Positions 14,520-28,400 are shown, counted from the first letter of the stretch. The stretch: DNA of 64,000 bases from Eledone cirrhosa (GCA_964016885.1 OZ024741.1:135222001-135286000); one strand, 5' to 3'. The notes: generated by a model from the sequence alone, not told the origin. A program made the numbers and translations.

Positions 14520-14865
14520 GAATTTTTTTTGCAAGATTTCTTATCTGAAAACGTGTGTTAATACAGGCGTTGTTATACTTTGGGAGGGCCATGCTGCCAA
14601 TACAAAACACTCGCACCTGTTGGTTTTCGCTTCAATTTATTATAAATTTCCGGTTGGCAGGGTTGGTTCGATTACTGGATGGTTGTTTATATATTGTCAA
14701 AGCTTTTTCGTCACGAATTCTGTACCTCCTAAGTGACTAGGGTTTTACACAGAATGTGTGATGAAAGAGCTTTGATAATATATAAACAACCATCCGGTTA
14801 TCGAACTAATCAACTAACCAGACAACCGGAAATTTATGATAAATTGAAGTGGAACCAACAGGTGT
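14520..14865. mobile_element. Inverted-repeat module (diverged arms 14615-14722 / 14750-14865), same family as 10180
   Basis: CACCTGTTGGTT...AAATTTCCGGTTG...GGATGGTTGTTTATATATT versus AATATATAAACAACCATCC...CAACCGGAAATTT...AACCAACAGGTG. Confidence 0.8.
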
Positions 14866-14867
14866 TA

Positions 14868-14968
<101 letters not shown>

Positions 14969-15143
14969 GGTTATGCACGAGTGCATTAAGGTTTTCCAGG
15001 ACACAGTGTTATGTACCGTGTAGGGGAAGGTCAGCTTACAACAGAGTGGTGCTCAACGAAATGCAGAAAATAGGTGTATATTCCAGTTTAGCTATACTCC
15101 GGGGCGTGTATAAAGAATCAAAAAGATATGTTCTTTTTGATTC

Positions 15144-15291
<148 letters not shown>

Positions 15292-15867
15292 CGTGTGCGT
15301 GTGTGTGTGTGTGTGTGTGCGTGTGCGTGTGTGTGTGTGTGTAACTTCTAATGATTTACTCACATAGGCATACACACACATATATACACTGCATTTCCCA
15401 TCTGCCATGTCTCTATAATAGGAAGTTCCCTTTCAAATCACAAGAATCTGGGTTCTAATACTACGGTTTTCTCTGTAAATAGTTACTTCTTCAAAGTTAT
15501 TCAGAACTTTAAACCTATGTCATTTGTATATATCCAAGAAATAAATTAGGAAAAAAAATATCATTTTGATCTTTAATCACTTTCATGTGCCAGTAATCAA
15601 CATCTCTTAAGCAAACCAGCAATTTATCAAATTACTAATTTTCCACTCTGTATGATTGTCCTTATATCCAATAATTCTGGTATATATATATAGCACACCT
15701 ATCCTGGGCTCCAAAAATGAAATATGTTCAATGCTAATGCCGTTATTATTGACATGTGTCAACTGGTTTTTAATATTCAGTATCAATATTTAGGATATAT
15801 ATATATACCTATTACAATATACACAACCAATTGATGCGCCTTTACATAAATATCATATATTCAGATT

Positions 15868-15944
15868 AAATTTAGGCTTTTCACTAAATTAGGCTTTTCA
15901 CTAAATTAGGCTTTTCACTAATTAAATTAGGCTTTTCACTAATT
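15868..15944. repeat. 17-bp tandem repeat x4 (AAATTAGGCTTTTCACT)
   Basis: AGGC at 15874, 15891, 15908, then a slightly longer fourth unit. Confidence 0.9.
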
Positions 15945-16409
15945 ATGACAATTTAATTCCGATGAATTAACTAAGGTCCCACGTTTCATCATCCCACCAG
16001 GTGGAATCTAGGAGAAGTGCCATTTACCAGAGTTAATTAGAAGTAGCTCAACTAAACCTAAACCAGAAGAAATAAATAGAGGGCCCTGCAGTACCGATGC
16101 AATTATCTACGAAGCTGTTTTTACCTTCTCAAAATTAAAGCTGAGTACCGTGCACAAAGATTATGGTAGAAAGTAAATTGAAACACCGCTATTTCAATCA
16201 TACTTCGTCTTTTAATTTTTAAAAACGAAGAGTGAAATAAATAAAATTATCCAACTATATTTGGATATTGAAAAAATCTGGCACTACATTCGATATCTCC
16301 TGGAAACCACTTGAAAATGCAAATTGAATATAGATGGTACTAAAACCTGTTGTTCATTTATCACTGAGAAAAGCTCAAGTTAAGAAGGTTAATAATTATG
16401 GTCAGTAAC

Positions 16410-16870
16410 TAAATGTCAGAAAATAAAATGTATATAACTGCAAGCATTTTGGGAAGTTCCTTGGCTGAAGTTAAATTATTCAAAGCTACAGTGGGATCAA
16501 TCTTACTATATTCCAGTGAATCAAGGTCGGTGACAATACCTATAACTGAAGTTTTAGATGTTTGCTACATACGAATGCTAAGAAGGATAAAAATAAAACA
16601 TCCAACCTCTTGAGTGTGTTATGAATAAACTTCTGTACGGCAATCTCCGACCCATTAGCCATACCATCCGTGTCAGACTTCTTCAACTTGCAAGTCATGT
16701 CATGAGAAGCAACGAACCAACTACTTTTACTATGCAAGTTCACTAATGTGAAACGGAAACGCAGAAGACATCTCAAAACATTAAAGAGAGTCATTGAGGA
16801 AGATACAAAATGATTCGTTGAAAATCTGAGGCAATTTATTTTGGATCGTGTGAGATGGAAAGGTTTTATC
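16410..16870 (+). pseudogene. Old RTE-clade LINE 3' fragment
   Basis: VKLFKATVGSILLYSSES...LDVCYIRMLRRI matches the post-RT region of RTE LINEs; ends with DRVRW-like sequence. Confidence 0.65.
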
Positions 16871-17914
16871 ATGTCACTACAAAGAAGTGGATGAATTTAG
16901 TAGTAGTTGTTGGTTGAAACGAAACCTTGTGAGTGAAATAGGGTAAGCAGAAACTTCGTTCAGGCCTTATCAGCGCGGAAAGCAGACGTAAAATGATGAT
17001 AGCGATTACGTTATTCATGTTGTCAAGAGTGTTTTGAATGAAACGAGTCGTATTTACTCTTCCCTCCACATTAGAGACTTTATTCTTGCATGAGAAATCA
17101 ATAAATAAAGGAAATACTTAATTGAATTAAGCCTCGCTGGTACAAAATTATGTTTCACCAACAACTCAACAAGTTCCCAAATAAAATATTACTGTATAAT
17201 TTAGCAAGTTTTTCTAACAAAACCAGATAATAAAGATAGTATCAAATTTGACATTTAAATAAAATATTATCAATAAAATTCATCTAAAGCCGTATAACAT
17301 AGAATACAAAATTCTTTAATGCCTATAAAATTTTGAGATAAAATTTAATTAAAATATCTATAAAATAATCTTTTACGTAAGATCTATTCCCTTTTGGAAT
17401 TTCTTTAGAGATTTCTACAAAGATGTTTACTGAAGCCGAGTAAATTTCCTTAGTAGATAAATTCATAATAAAAATTTACTGTCACAAATTTCTTGTTAAT
17501 AAAATTTTTGTTTGATTTTTTTAAATGTAAATTTTTATATATTTATATGAAATAGAAAATTTAAAGTCCACGTTTTTTTTTCAATCGTTATTTCAGCCTA
17601 AAGTAGAATTGCGAAACGTCATAAACATATTCCCTCCATTTATTGCTTTTAATTATCACTGTTTTTAGTTTTGCCTATGATTGACATTAAGACCAGTTTA
17701 GAATCTGGTCCCTCAATCTGTCATTAGGGTCCCTTTGATTTCTTTATGAGAGCATTATATGTATCTCAGTATCCTATTGAGAGTAAGTATCTGTTGAAGA
17801 TGAGCAAAAATAATCCTGAAATACGCATAAATTATTCTTGCACGGATCTGTGATATGATCCCAGCTTAAAATATTCTCAGTGAGACTGCTTGTTCTATCA
17901 CATTACTAGTTGTA

Positions 17915-18037
17915 TCCATATATACAACTAAGATCAATGGAAGGAAGCTGCGGAAGAGAAATACCTAGAAAAACTTTGTCTGAAGTAGTGAGAGCTGACC
18001 TCAGATTGTTAAACCTTATAGAGATGCCGAAGGATCG

Positions 18038-18040
<3 letters not shown>
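17915..18040 (+). pseudogene. RTE-like LINE extreme 3' coding fragment
   Basis: MEGSCGREIPRKTLSEVVRADLRLLNL...KDRN resembles the G-R-RGRPRKTW...V..DL...DR terminus of RTE ORFs. Confidence 0.6.
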
Positions 18041-18101
<61 letters not shown>

Positions 18102-18258
18102 ATACATACATGCATACACACATACACATACATGCATACACACACACATACACACACACTCACACGCACACACACACAACCACACCCACACCCACATATA
18201 TATATATACAGGTGCGTGTGTGTGTAATCATACATACGTAAAACTCTACTGTAAGGTG

Positions 18259-18289
<31 letters not shown>

Positions 18290-19299
18290 GCCACGCAAAT
18301 AAGGAGACCACATTGTACGGTGGGATATGAATGTTTACATCAACCTACAACAACTACAACCAACCAAATATACAACAACAACAAAAAACAAACGCAAAAT
18401 AATCTAAATAATTCACGCAAGTAGACAGTAGCGCGCATGTTTATTGATTTCTTACTTGCACTACTTTGTAGGCAGCATAGAATATTTTCTGCATATGAAA
18501 GGAATAATATATCTGCCGCGAATTCTATAGGATTTCGTTGTGATCTAAAGAAGAAAGAAAAAACCACAACGACTAAAAATACAAAACCAATCTAAAAAGG
18601 TTATGTTGAACGTGTCATAAACAATACCTTCTCTGCTAAATGACATATGTGTTAACCAATCTAATCGTTATCAAATTATCATGTCTCAATTTTAAAAAAG
18701 ATTCTTAATTTATTTCAAGCTTTTTAAAAATTTCTTTTTGTCTTTGTTCGTATATTCATTTAATTTTTATATATATATCCCTCAAGGTACCGTTCTTTTT
18801 TTAAAAACACACCTTTGTTTCTCTCGTTCTTTAGATCTTTTTTTATTTAATAAAATATGAAGTAACTTATTTTTTGTTTCTAGACTTTGCCCAAAGAAAT
18901 GTCTAGTCATCTTTCCTCATGTTTGAAATATTAACTTAACCATATTCTATGGGAGAGAAGTAGTGGGCTGAAGTAATGGCGAGAGAAAAGGAAGAACATT
19001 ATCCTTTACTTAAAGAAATCCAAAAGTCGATCCCATCTAACGGAATCAATATGACGGCGGCATATGATCTAATAGATCGATGGTTCATATCACGCTGTTG
19101 TAACTGCAAAGCTTAGCCGTAAATACGTACCAATCCTATTGAAAGCGCTCTTGTTCTTCTTAAATCTTCTCATTTTAAAATGTTCATTGTTATTAAAACC
19201 GTCCATCCGAATTTTACATAAAATCCCTTTTCTAAATTATAATCCAAATTATAATCTAAATTATAATCTAAATTATAATGCAAACACCAGGTGCATAAT

Positions 19300-19585
19300 G
19301 GTTTCTCATTTAGGCACAAGGTCAACAATTTTGGGGGAGGGAAAAGTTGATTAAATCGACTACAGAGTGCAACTGGTACAGAACATACGGGTGGTGAAAT
19401 GTACGTGTAAGTGTGACTAGAATGGCCCTTGAATTACAGATACAGTTGACTTTTTGCCAGCTAAGTGTACTGGAGCAACGTGAAATAAATTGTCTTGCTT
19501 AAGGACATAATGTACCACTGGGTGTCAAACACTCGGCCTTACGTTTGTAAGAAGAACTCCCTAGCCACTACACCAGGTACCTTTC
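19300..19585 (-). mobile_element. SINE family A tail plus family B copy
   Basis: GGCACAAGG...GGGGAGGGAAAAGTTGATT followed by CTGGAGCAACGTGAAATAAATTGTCTTGCTTAAGGACA. Confidence 0.7.
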
Positions 19586-20441
19586 CGAGAGGGGAAGTAC
19601 TTTTTAACTCTAAAATTTAAATCAGCGTAATTTGGCAGTTGGAGATATAGAAAGTGATTTATAAAATGAAAAATGAAGTGCAATTCATCAATATGGTAAT
19701 GTCGAGTAATCAGTCTTGACACTTCAACAGAGAAGTTTAAGACAACAGTCGCCGTCTCCAGGGGTAGTTTCCTTGAAGGATAATGGAAAGAAAAAGTTTG
19801 TGGTATTATGAGGAATGTGTTGAATATTTCTAGCTACGTCATGTCATTTCTTCTCGCAAGAAATAAAATATGAACGAATTTTGATATAATTAAAATGGAC
19901 GTTGTTTGTGGAATGCCATTAGTAAATTATGTAAGCGTTAGAATAGAAGTGTTAATCAACGGTCGATTTAATTGATTTGAATGCAGAAAGTAGTTGGTGT
20001 AGAGTGAACATGTCAGTGGAAAGGGAAATTAGTTTTGAGGTGAGAAGATTTTACTAGTAATACTATTTAAATCTGACTGAGCCAATAACAATCTCAAAGG
20101 ATTGAATTAAAATTTATCACAAATTTCACCGCCATGAATAACCGGACAGTTATGTAAATTATTTCCCCAATTGTTAAATTTCTTTAAACCATTTAGAAAC
20201 ATTTTTTTATAAACGGTGGTGGACTTAAATGGTGACTTGGTTTAATACCACCATCACGTCCTTGGGTACTTTTAGAACAAGAAATTATGTTAAAAATATT
20301 TAGATAAAATTTAGTATACAAATAACTTCTTGCTTTCCTCCTACCAAACTTGATTCCCCAAACAGGTCATAAACATCGCCTTACCTCTTCTGATTAATTA
20401 ATAAAGTAAACAGAAAAACTGCAACGACATGCACGCGCGCG

Positions 20442-20481
<40 letters not shown>

Positions 20482-20493
20482 CATATATATATG

Positions 20494-21069
20494 TAGTAAC
20501 CCCCCCGCTATATCGTGGTCCCACTAGATCGCCGATTTTCCTTTCGAACGTATCTAATTTCGTATCGTGGTAATCCTGGCTACATCGCAGATTTTTCGTT
20601 AGAACATATCTATTTTCTTATCGCGGTACGTACGTCTGAATAAAAAGTGGTTAAATTTTGAACTTATTAAATAAGTTTCGATGTGATTGAAGTGTATAGC
20701 TTTAGGAAAGGGCATCTTTAAGGCTTTAACTATAACAAAATGTCTATATTTTTCATTCCATTACTGGTTTACTAATTGTGTTTTTCTCTAATCTGCTACA
20801 AATCCTTCATAGATTGACGGGAGATGGGCAAGCGGCTAACGTGGTAATGTTCGTCATTAGCAACTAGTGATACGATAGTTGGTGATGATTTCTACATGAT
20901 CGTTACTGTCTGTATGTTTTAATGAGTTTATATGTACTTAAAGCGCGTATGAGAGGTATTTTAAGACCTTAACGATGAAAACAACGGTTGTCTTTATGGT
21001 CTCTCTATATCGCAGAATTTCATTTATCGCGGTTGGTTCTGTAACGTATCCTCCGCGATAAACAGAGGA

Positions 21070-21075
<6 letters not shown>
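20494..21075. mobile_element. Tigger/pogo-like MITE (Tc1/mariner superfamily)
   Basis: Imperfect TIRs TAGTAACCCCCCCGCTATATCGTGG / CCGCGATAAACAGAGGATAACTA, subterminal TATCGC(G/A)G repeats, TA-repeat flanks. Confidence 0.7.
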
Positions 21076-21161
<86 letters not shown>

Positions 21162-21387
21162 TGTGACCTGGGTTCAATCGGAGCTAACCACAGTAAGTAA
21201 GGTACTCAAACATACAATGTTTAATATAGTCTACGACTCCACATGGAGTAATGGGTTATATATATATATATATATATATGTTTTAAGTACCTTACTTACT
21301 GTGGTTCGCCCCAATTGAACCCGGGACACACACACACACAGATATATATAACCCATTATATATATATAATGGGTTATACATATATAT

Positions 21388-21547
21388 AGCATAGAGTTAT
21401 GGCCCTTTACGTTCTGAGTTCAAATTCCGCCGAGGTTAACTTTGCTTTTCATTCTTACGGGGGTCGATAAAATAAAGTGCCAGTAATGGACTGGGGTAAT
21501 TGCTGGCCTTGTGCCAAAAGTAGAAACATTATTTTGAAAATATGGCT
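21388..21547 (+). repeat. Local duplicate of 24021-24181 (SINE A 3' part plus its unique flank) inside TA tracts
   Basis: Shares private variants and the post-SINE flank TTGAAAATATGGCT with 24021-24181. Confidence 0.8.
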
Positions 21548-21571
21548 ATATATATACATATATATATATAT

Positions 21572-23525
21572 AAGACGAATACAAAAAACGTCCTCATTCG
21601 TTCATCGGACAAGGCAATTTAAAACAGTGGAATATTTGAAAAATCTCCTCAAGAAAGGCAAAAGTTTAACGGGCAAAAAAAAAAAAAAAAGAATTTAACG
21701 GGCAAAAAAAAAATATATATATATATGGGTATGACACAAGACACATTCAAAATACGTTATTACTCACATGTCGCATCTTTCCGACATCCTGAAAAAAAGA
21801 TTTACAACAGCTCTGGCTAGCAGAATATGGGATTTGAAAGACCAAGGTATCCAATATAAATTGGATTGGTCAATTTTGAACCAATCTAAAGAATATGCAA
21901 GAGGAACAAGAAGATGCACACTCTGCATAAGTGAAAAATATTGGATTTTACAGAACCTTAACTTGCCTAAATGCAAAAACAGAAATTTTCACCAGTTGCC
22001 CACACATGAAATCACATTTGCTTTCCAGCTCATATAAACTTAACTCACTTTCAGATACTTATCCTCCATAGACTCTTATTCTTCACTTTCCTTAAATTAT
22101 CCTCTTTACAGACTTCCCTTTCTGATTTACTTTCATTTTTAACTTTATTTTTATTTTTATATTTATTTTTACTTCACCTCCACCAGTGACCCTGCCACCT
22201 ACTTTTTGATTCACTTACCTAATATCTTCACATTCCACATTTTACTTCCCCATTTTCTTTCACTACCTGATATCACATGTCACTTGCGTTTTCAACTCCA
22301 GATATATTCTGTTGTTTCGCAGCCGCCTTTATATTTGTACTCATTTATTCATACGGCTGGTTTATAATTTGTATCTATGCGTGTGAGTGTGCATGTGTGT
22401 GTATGCGTTCTATATATGTATACGAACGCCTCCGTATGTGTGCGTGTGTGTGTATATATGTGTGTGTATGTGTGTTTTTATATCTATGTTTTTTACATAC
22501 TTATATATACGTGTGTGTGTGTGTATGGGTGAATGTATGTGTATATGTATGTATGTATATATATATATGTATGTGTATGTATGTGTGTATATGTATATAT
22601 ATATATATAGTCAGGTACGTACGTGTGATTAGATATACATGTGCCGATATATATATATATATATATGTGCTTCGTGTGTATGTATGCGCGCCTCTGTATG
22701 TATGTACGCATGTATGTGCTTTTGTCTGTACGTATTTATATATATATATATTTATATATATATGTGTGTACGTACGAACCTATGTTTGTTTTCTTTTTTT
22801 CTAGTGTTAATTTATTATTGATAACATCTCCCTCTTACTTTCTCTTTGATTAAAAAATTTTTTCATTCTCATATATTGTTTCATTTTTATACGTGTATCG
22901 AGCCTCAGACTGACACTCCTTTGACTAATACACTCCCTTCCCTGTATATCATTCGCATATATGTGATCGCGCGTGTGTGTGTGTTTATACGCGTGCTTTC
23001 ATACTTGTATGTGTATATATTTAATACCTGAATCTGTATGTATGTTAACTATATTATCTTACAATTTCTTTTTCAACTTATATTATATACGTATTTGTGG
23101 TCACACACACACTGATATGCTTTCCCTCATATATGTACTTACGCACACATTTTCACTATACACATGCATTTGTACATACACAGATATGTACATTTGTGAG
23201 TGAATATACACACATTTATACACATACCCTAACTATATTTCCTTATTTTTTTTATATATCTCTTGCATTACTTTTATTTATATATTTTTTTTGCCCGTTA
23301 AACTTTTGCCTTTCTTGAGGAGATTTTTCAAATATTCCACTATGTTTTAAATTGCCTTGTCCGATGAACGAATGATGACATTTTTTGTATTCGTCTTATC
23401 GGGAAACCTCTGGTAATGAGGTAATTATATTGAATTGTTTATTATACATTAAATTTAGCTCTGGTACTTACATAGAGCACTCTTCACTCCTATGGCTTTT
23501 TCAATTTTCAACGGAAACTTCAATA

Positions 23526-23527
<2 letters not shown>
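21572..23527 (+). mobile_element. 5'-truncated Penelope-like element (GIY-YIG C-terminus plus long 3' UTR/pLTR) with inverted pLTR piece at its 5' end
   Basis: GMTQDTFKIRYYSH...KRFTTALASRIWDLKDQG...RRCTLCISEKYWIL (21727-22030). Colinear with the reverse complement of 59308-60960. Segment 21572-21712 is the reverse complement of 23283-23398. TA tracts at both ends. Confidence 0.9.
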
Positions 23528-23596
<69 letters not shown>

Positions 23597-23984
23597 CATT
23601 AAAAAAGATGATGATATTACATACATTATGTCATCCGGGCACACGAGTAGAAGGACGCGTTTTTTTGCCCGTAGCATATCACAAAATCGGATTTTCATCT
23701 GTCATTGGTGCCATTGCCTTTCTCTTGGACAGCACCAATGGTGTGGAGTGCGGAGACCCGTATGCATGGACAACTGCAAGCAACCTTACCCGGACTTGTA
23801 CCTCGGAGGAGAACTTTCTAGGTGCAAATCCCATTGTCCTTTGTTACCGAAGAGGTTTTTACCGTTTACCCTTATATATGTATATACATGAAATTTATTT
23901 TTAGAAGCTCAGCAAGTTAACGAACATTCGAAAATTTACACAAGTGTAAATTAATGTCTACAACATATATATTTTGGACGTATT

Positions 23985-24510
23985 AGCAGAATCGGTAGAG
24001 TGTCAGACACAATGCTTTGCAGCATAGAGTTATGGCCCTTTACGTTCTGAGTTCAAATTCCGCCGAGGTTAACTTTGCTTTTCGTCCTTACGAGGGTCGA
24101 TAAAATAAAGTGCCAGTAATGGACTGGGGTAATTGCTGGCCTTGTGCTAAAAGTAGAAACAATTATTTTGAAAATATGGCTTAGGAAACATGTGGTTCTG
24201 AAGTTTGAACCATTGCCTTGGGAAAATGTCTTCTACTATTGTCTTGAATTCACCAATACACTGTGAATGAAATTGGTTGACAGAAACAGCGTAGATGCTT
24301 ATGTGTGTGTCTGTGTGGCCCCGTCTGTATCCAGATATGTGTTTGTGTCGTGTAAGTTAGCAGTTTCACAAAAAAAAAAAAGAGTTTGATAAAATAAATA
24401 CCAAACCTGGAAAAAATATGTATTGTAGTTGATACAATCGACTAAATACTTTCAAGATAGTGCCCCAGCATGGTCGCAGTCTAATGATTAAAACCAAGAA
24501 AGGAGTAAAA
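23985..24510 (+). mobile_element. SINE family A (23985-24170) followed by decayed family C copy (24185-24510)
   Basis: GCAGAATCGGTAGAG A-box-like and GAGTTCAAATTCCGCC B-box; then CCTTGGGAAAATGTCTTCTACTA...GTGCCCCAGCATGG.CGCAGTC. Confidence 0.75.
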
Positions 24511-24768
24511 TATTGGTTTCATGGTATTGATGTCAAATAACTATTTCATGTTAAATTGTTAAAGAGAAAATGTTGAAGAATAAACCATCTTTCTTTGTGA
24601 GGATGCCATAGGAGACAGCGGAGAAGATATATGAGACAAAGGAGAAAAATGTACACATAAACATAAACACATATAATACATCAACAATACTGTTACTATA
24701 AACATTAACATATGCTGTACTTCAGTATAATAATAAGACAATAGCGTACACATTATGTATATATAAAT

Positions 24769-24799
<31 letters not shown>

Positions 24800-25263
24800 A
24801 TTTCACTATATATATATATATATAAATTACTTATATATTATAAATATATATAACATTATATATTTATTTTTATAAGATATATTTATATTTATTTTCAAAA
24901 TTGTATCAATTTTAGTTGTATTTATAGAGCGTGAATCAATACTGTCTTTTATTAACATTTGAAAAACGTAAACATCGTAAATAATCATTTTCAGTTTGAA
25001 GATTGAGAAAAATGAGGACATTAACGGGGATATTTTACGAATTATAAGAATATTTAACAATAGAAATAGGTATAAGAAAACACAGAATAGTAGAATAATG
25101 ATAGCCTGTCATGAAAGACTCTGAGCTCGATGTTCTCTATACAACATATTTAAGGCTTCCATCGTTAAACAGACACAGACGCGTACTCATTTACATTACA
25201 TAGACACATTCATACACATAAATGTTAATATATTAACATGAACGTTTGTATATACATACGAGC

Positions 25264-25450
25264 ATACACACTTATGTACTCATGTAACACACATACACGT
25301 ATACACTTATGTACTCATGTAAACACACATACACGTATACACTTATGTACTCATGTAAACACACATACACGTATACACTTATGTACTCATGTAAACACAC
25401 ATACACGTATACACTTATGTACTCATGTAAACACACATGCACGTATACAC
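25264..25450. repeat. 36-bp minisatellite x5 (ATACACTTATGTACTCATGTAAACACACATACACGT)
   Basis: Direct tandem copies; the ORF track shows the 12-aa repeat [12 protein letters not shown]. Confidence 0.9.
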
Positions 25451-25529
25451 ACAAACGCACACTTACACGCGTACGAAAAGTAACACATACTCATATATGC
25501 AAACCTATACGTATACATGCACTCACAAA

Positions 25530-25637
<108 letters not shown>

Positions 25638-26284
25638 TAAATACACACACAAACACACACATACATATATATATATACACACTTACATATACACATATAC
25701 ACACATACATGGATATACAAATTTACAAGCATGCACGCATACATGCTTACACTCATATACACAAACATACTACATACAAGCACACGAAATTACATGCTTA
25801 CGCAAAGATTTAGACATCAACATACATGCACATAGACACATACATAATGACACACATACTCAAACACACACACTCACATATACACAATAGCATACATACA
25901 CACATATATAAACACACACCTACGCTAATTAACAATCTTACACACAACCATGCATATACAAAAATATACAAATTTATACATAACTACATACATGCATATG
26001 CGAAAAACATACACCCACGTACACGTATGTACAACATACATATACATAACCTCACAAACACACAAGCAGGCAGCTCCAAAGTGCTTCTAGTACAACTTGT
26101 TTCACCTATGAACTGATTATGTATAAGCATGTATGTACACGTGATGTATGCACAGAAATCAGCGATAACGTACACGTACGCATATAGTTATGTACGCATG
26201 TGTATGGATATGTATGTATATATCTGTGTGAATATGTATGTGTATATGTGTATGTGTCTATATGCATATAAATATACATGTATG

Positions 26285-26499
26285 CAGGGCCGTCTTACGC
26301 CGGGCAGTTGCCCGGGGGCCCCACGAGGATAGGGGACCCATACATGTATGCAGGGCCGTCTTACGCTGGGCAGTTGCCCGGGAGCCCCACGAGGATAGGG
26401 GGCCCCATTTGTATTTTTATTCCTGTGAGTGGTTGTGTAGGTAGGGGCCCAAGTGCTCTGCTTTGCCCGGGGGCCTATGATGCTGTTATGACGGCCCTG
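26285..26499. mobile_element. hAT-like MITE (26351-26499) with tandem duplication of its left end (26285-26340)
   Basis: TIR CAGGGCCGTC / GACGGCCCTG; 8-bp flanks CATGTATG / CGTGTATG (7/8 match), the TSD length typical of hAT elements. Confidence 0.8.
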
Positions 26500-26890
26500 C
26501 GTGTATGTATATATAAATATGCAAGTGCGAATATGCACGCGTGTATGTATATATATATGTATGTATGCATGTGTGTATAGGTATGGGTGTATGTATATAT
26601 GGTATATGTATATATATATCTATATATATATATATAAATATATGTATATATATTTGTATATATATTTGTATATATATGTATGTATATATATATTTGTATA
26701 TATATATATATTTATTTAGGTTTGTTGGTTCAGCACTGGATAGAACTGGTCATTCCGTATGGTCAACCTCGATGTAATATTAGGGAGAGCACACAACGTA
26801 ATGCAACTCATCCGTCTTCGTTAGTGTAGTTGGTGGTGCGAGTACAGAGTTAATTATTATAAAACAACAGGAGGCTGGACTGGTGTAAAT

Positions 26891-26926
<36 letters not shown>

Positions 26927-27297
26927 GTATACATATATATATGTATAAATAAATATATGTATATATATTTGTATATATATATATATGTATGTATATATAT
27001 ATTTGTACACACACACACATATACATTTTTATATGTATATATATATATACACATGTATATATATATATATATGTGTGCATATATATATGTGTGTGTGTAT
27101 ATATATGTGCGTATATAAATGTGTGTATATACATGTGTGTTTGTGTGGTGTGAGTATGTATATGTGTATATATATTTGTATAGATATGCATGTATATATA
27201 TATATATATATATATATGCATATGTATACAAATATATATACACATATACATACTCACACCACACAAACACAGGTCAGAAGGTCAGTTAGCTGGAACG

Positions 27298-27425
<128 letters not shown>

Positions 27426-27435
27426 TATATATGTA

Positions 27436-27504
<69 letters not shown>

Positions 27505-27506
27505 GA

Positions 27507-27544
<38 letters not shown>

Positions 27545-27687
27545 GACCGTTCCAGCTAACTGACCTTCACCAAAATTCTTTGAAAAGTTCAAGAGGTCGC
27601 AATGCTCCGCATACCCTCAGAGGTATTAATTAAAAACATTATTACAATTATTACTATATATTATATATATTGTTTGTTCGGAGATCT

Positions 27688-27747
<60 letters not shown>

Positions 27748-28009
27748 TGTGTGTGCATGTGTGTATTTAATCCAGCCACATGCACTTAAGTTTAAATGAC
27801 CAGGTTCTTCTGTTGATCGAATAACCGAAACAATCATCGTCGAAACAGACGGATGTCCACTCGATGTCACCCCGTTTCTGTTTCGTGCTAGATGTACCCA
27901 ATGAATTTTACTGTATATATATATATATATATATATGTAGGAGGTGAATTTTTATTATAGCACAATAAAGCATTGCAATTATCGGATATATTGATTTAAA
28001 ACTTCACTA

Positions 28010-28147
28010 TTCACAAGTGTTTTTTAAGCTTCATATCATGTATCCCTATTTTATCTGATTAGAACGCAGATATCATCCCATGATGATATTTGTTTTTGAA
28101 ATGCGCATAATAAAATACTTGGAACTCTTTTAACCATCTTTTGATCT

Positions 28148-28150
<3 letters not shown>
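28010..28150 (+). mobile_element. Second copy of the 30270-30410 hammerhead-bearing module, core mutated (CTGATTA)
   Basis: TTTTATCTGATTAGAACGCAGATATCATCCCATGATGATATTTGTTTTTGAAATGCGCATAATAAAA. Confidence 0.8.
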
Positions 28151-28202
<52 letters not shown>

Positions 28203-28206
<4 letters not shown>

Positions 28207-28400
28207 AACGAGTAGGACCCCGACGGCTGAGCTCAGGCCGTTTCGACGGGTAATTCTGGACTCCAGAATTAGCCGTCGAAACGGCCTGAGCTCAGCCGTC
28301 GGGGTCCTACTCGTTCCTACTACCCACTCTACTACCCTAAGTATTGAGTACTTTGGTGCGTTATGGTCCACCTGGTTCCTTACCACATTTCCTTCGTTAT
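28203..28400. mobile_element. TA-embedded palindromic module (arms 28203-28319) plus unique tail; reverse-oriented copy at 43487-43691, fragment at 34510-34550
   Basis: TAGGAACGAGTAGGACCCCGACGGCTGAGCTCAGGCCGTTTCGACGG / reverse complement; each arm holds the hammerhead 3' half GAAACGGC-CTGAGCTCA-GCCGTC. Confidence 0.85.

Noticed and set aside
15868-15944. TTAGGC as telomeric repeat
   Set aside because: It is part of a 17-bp unit, not a tandem hexamer.
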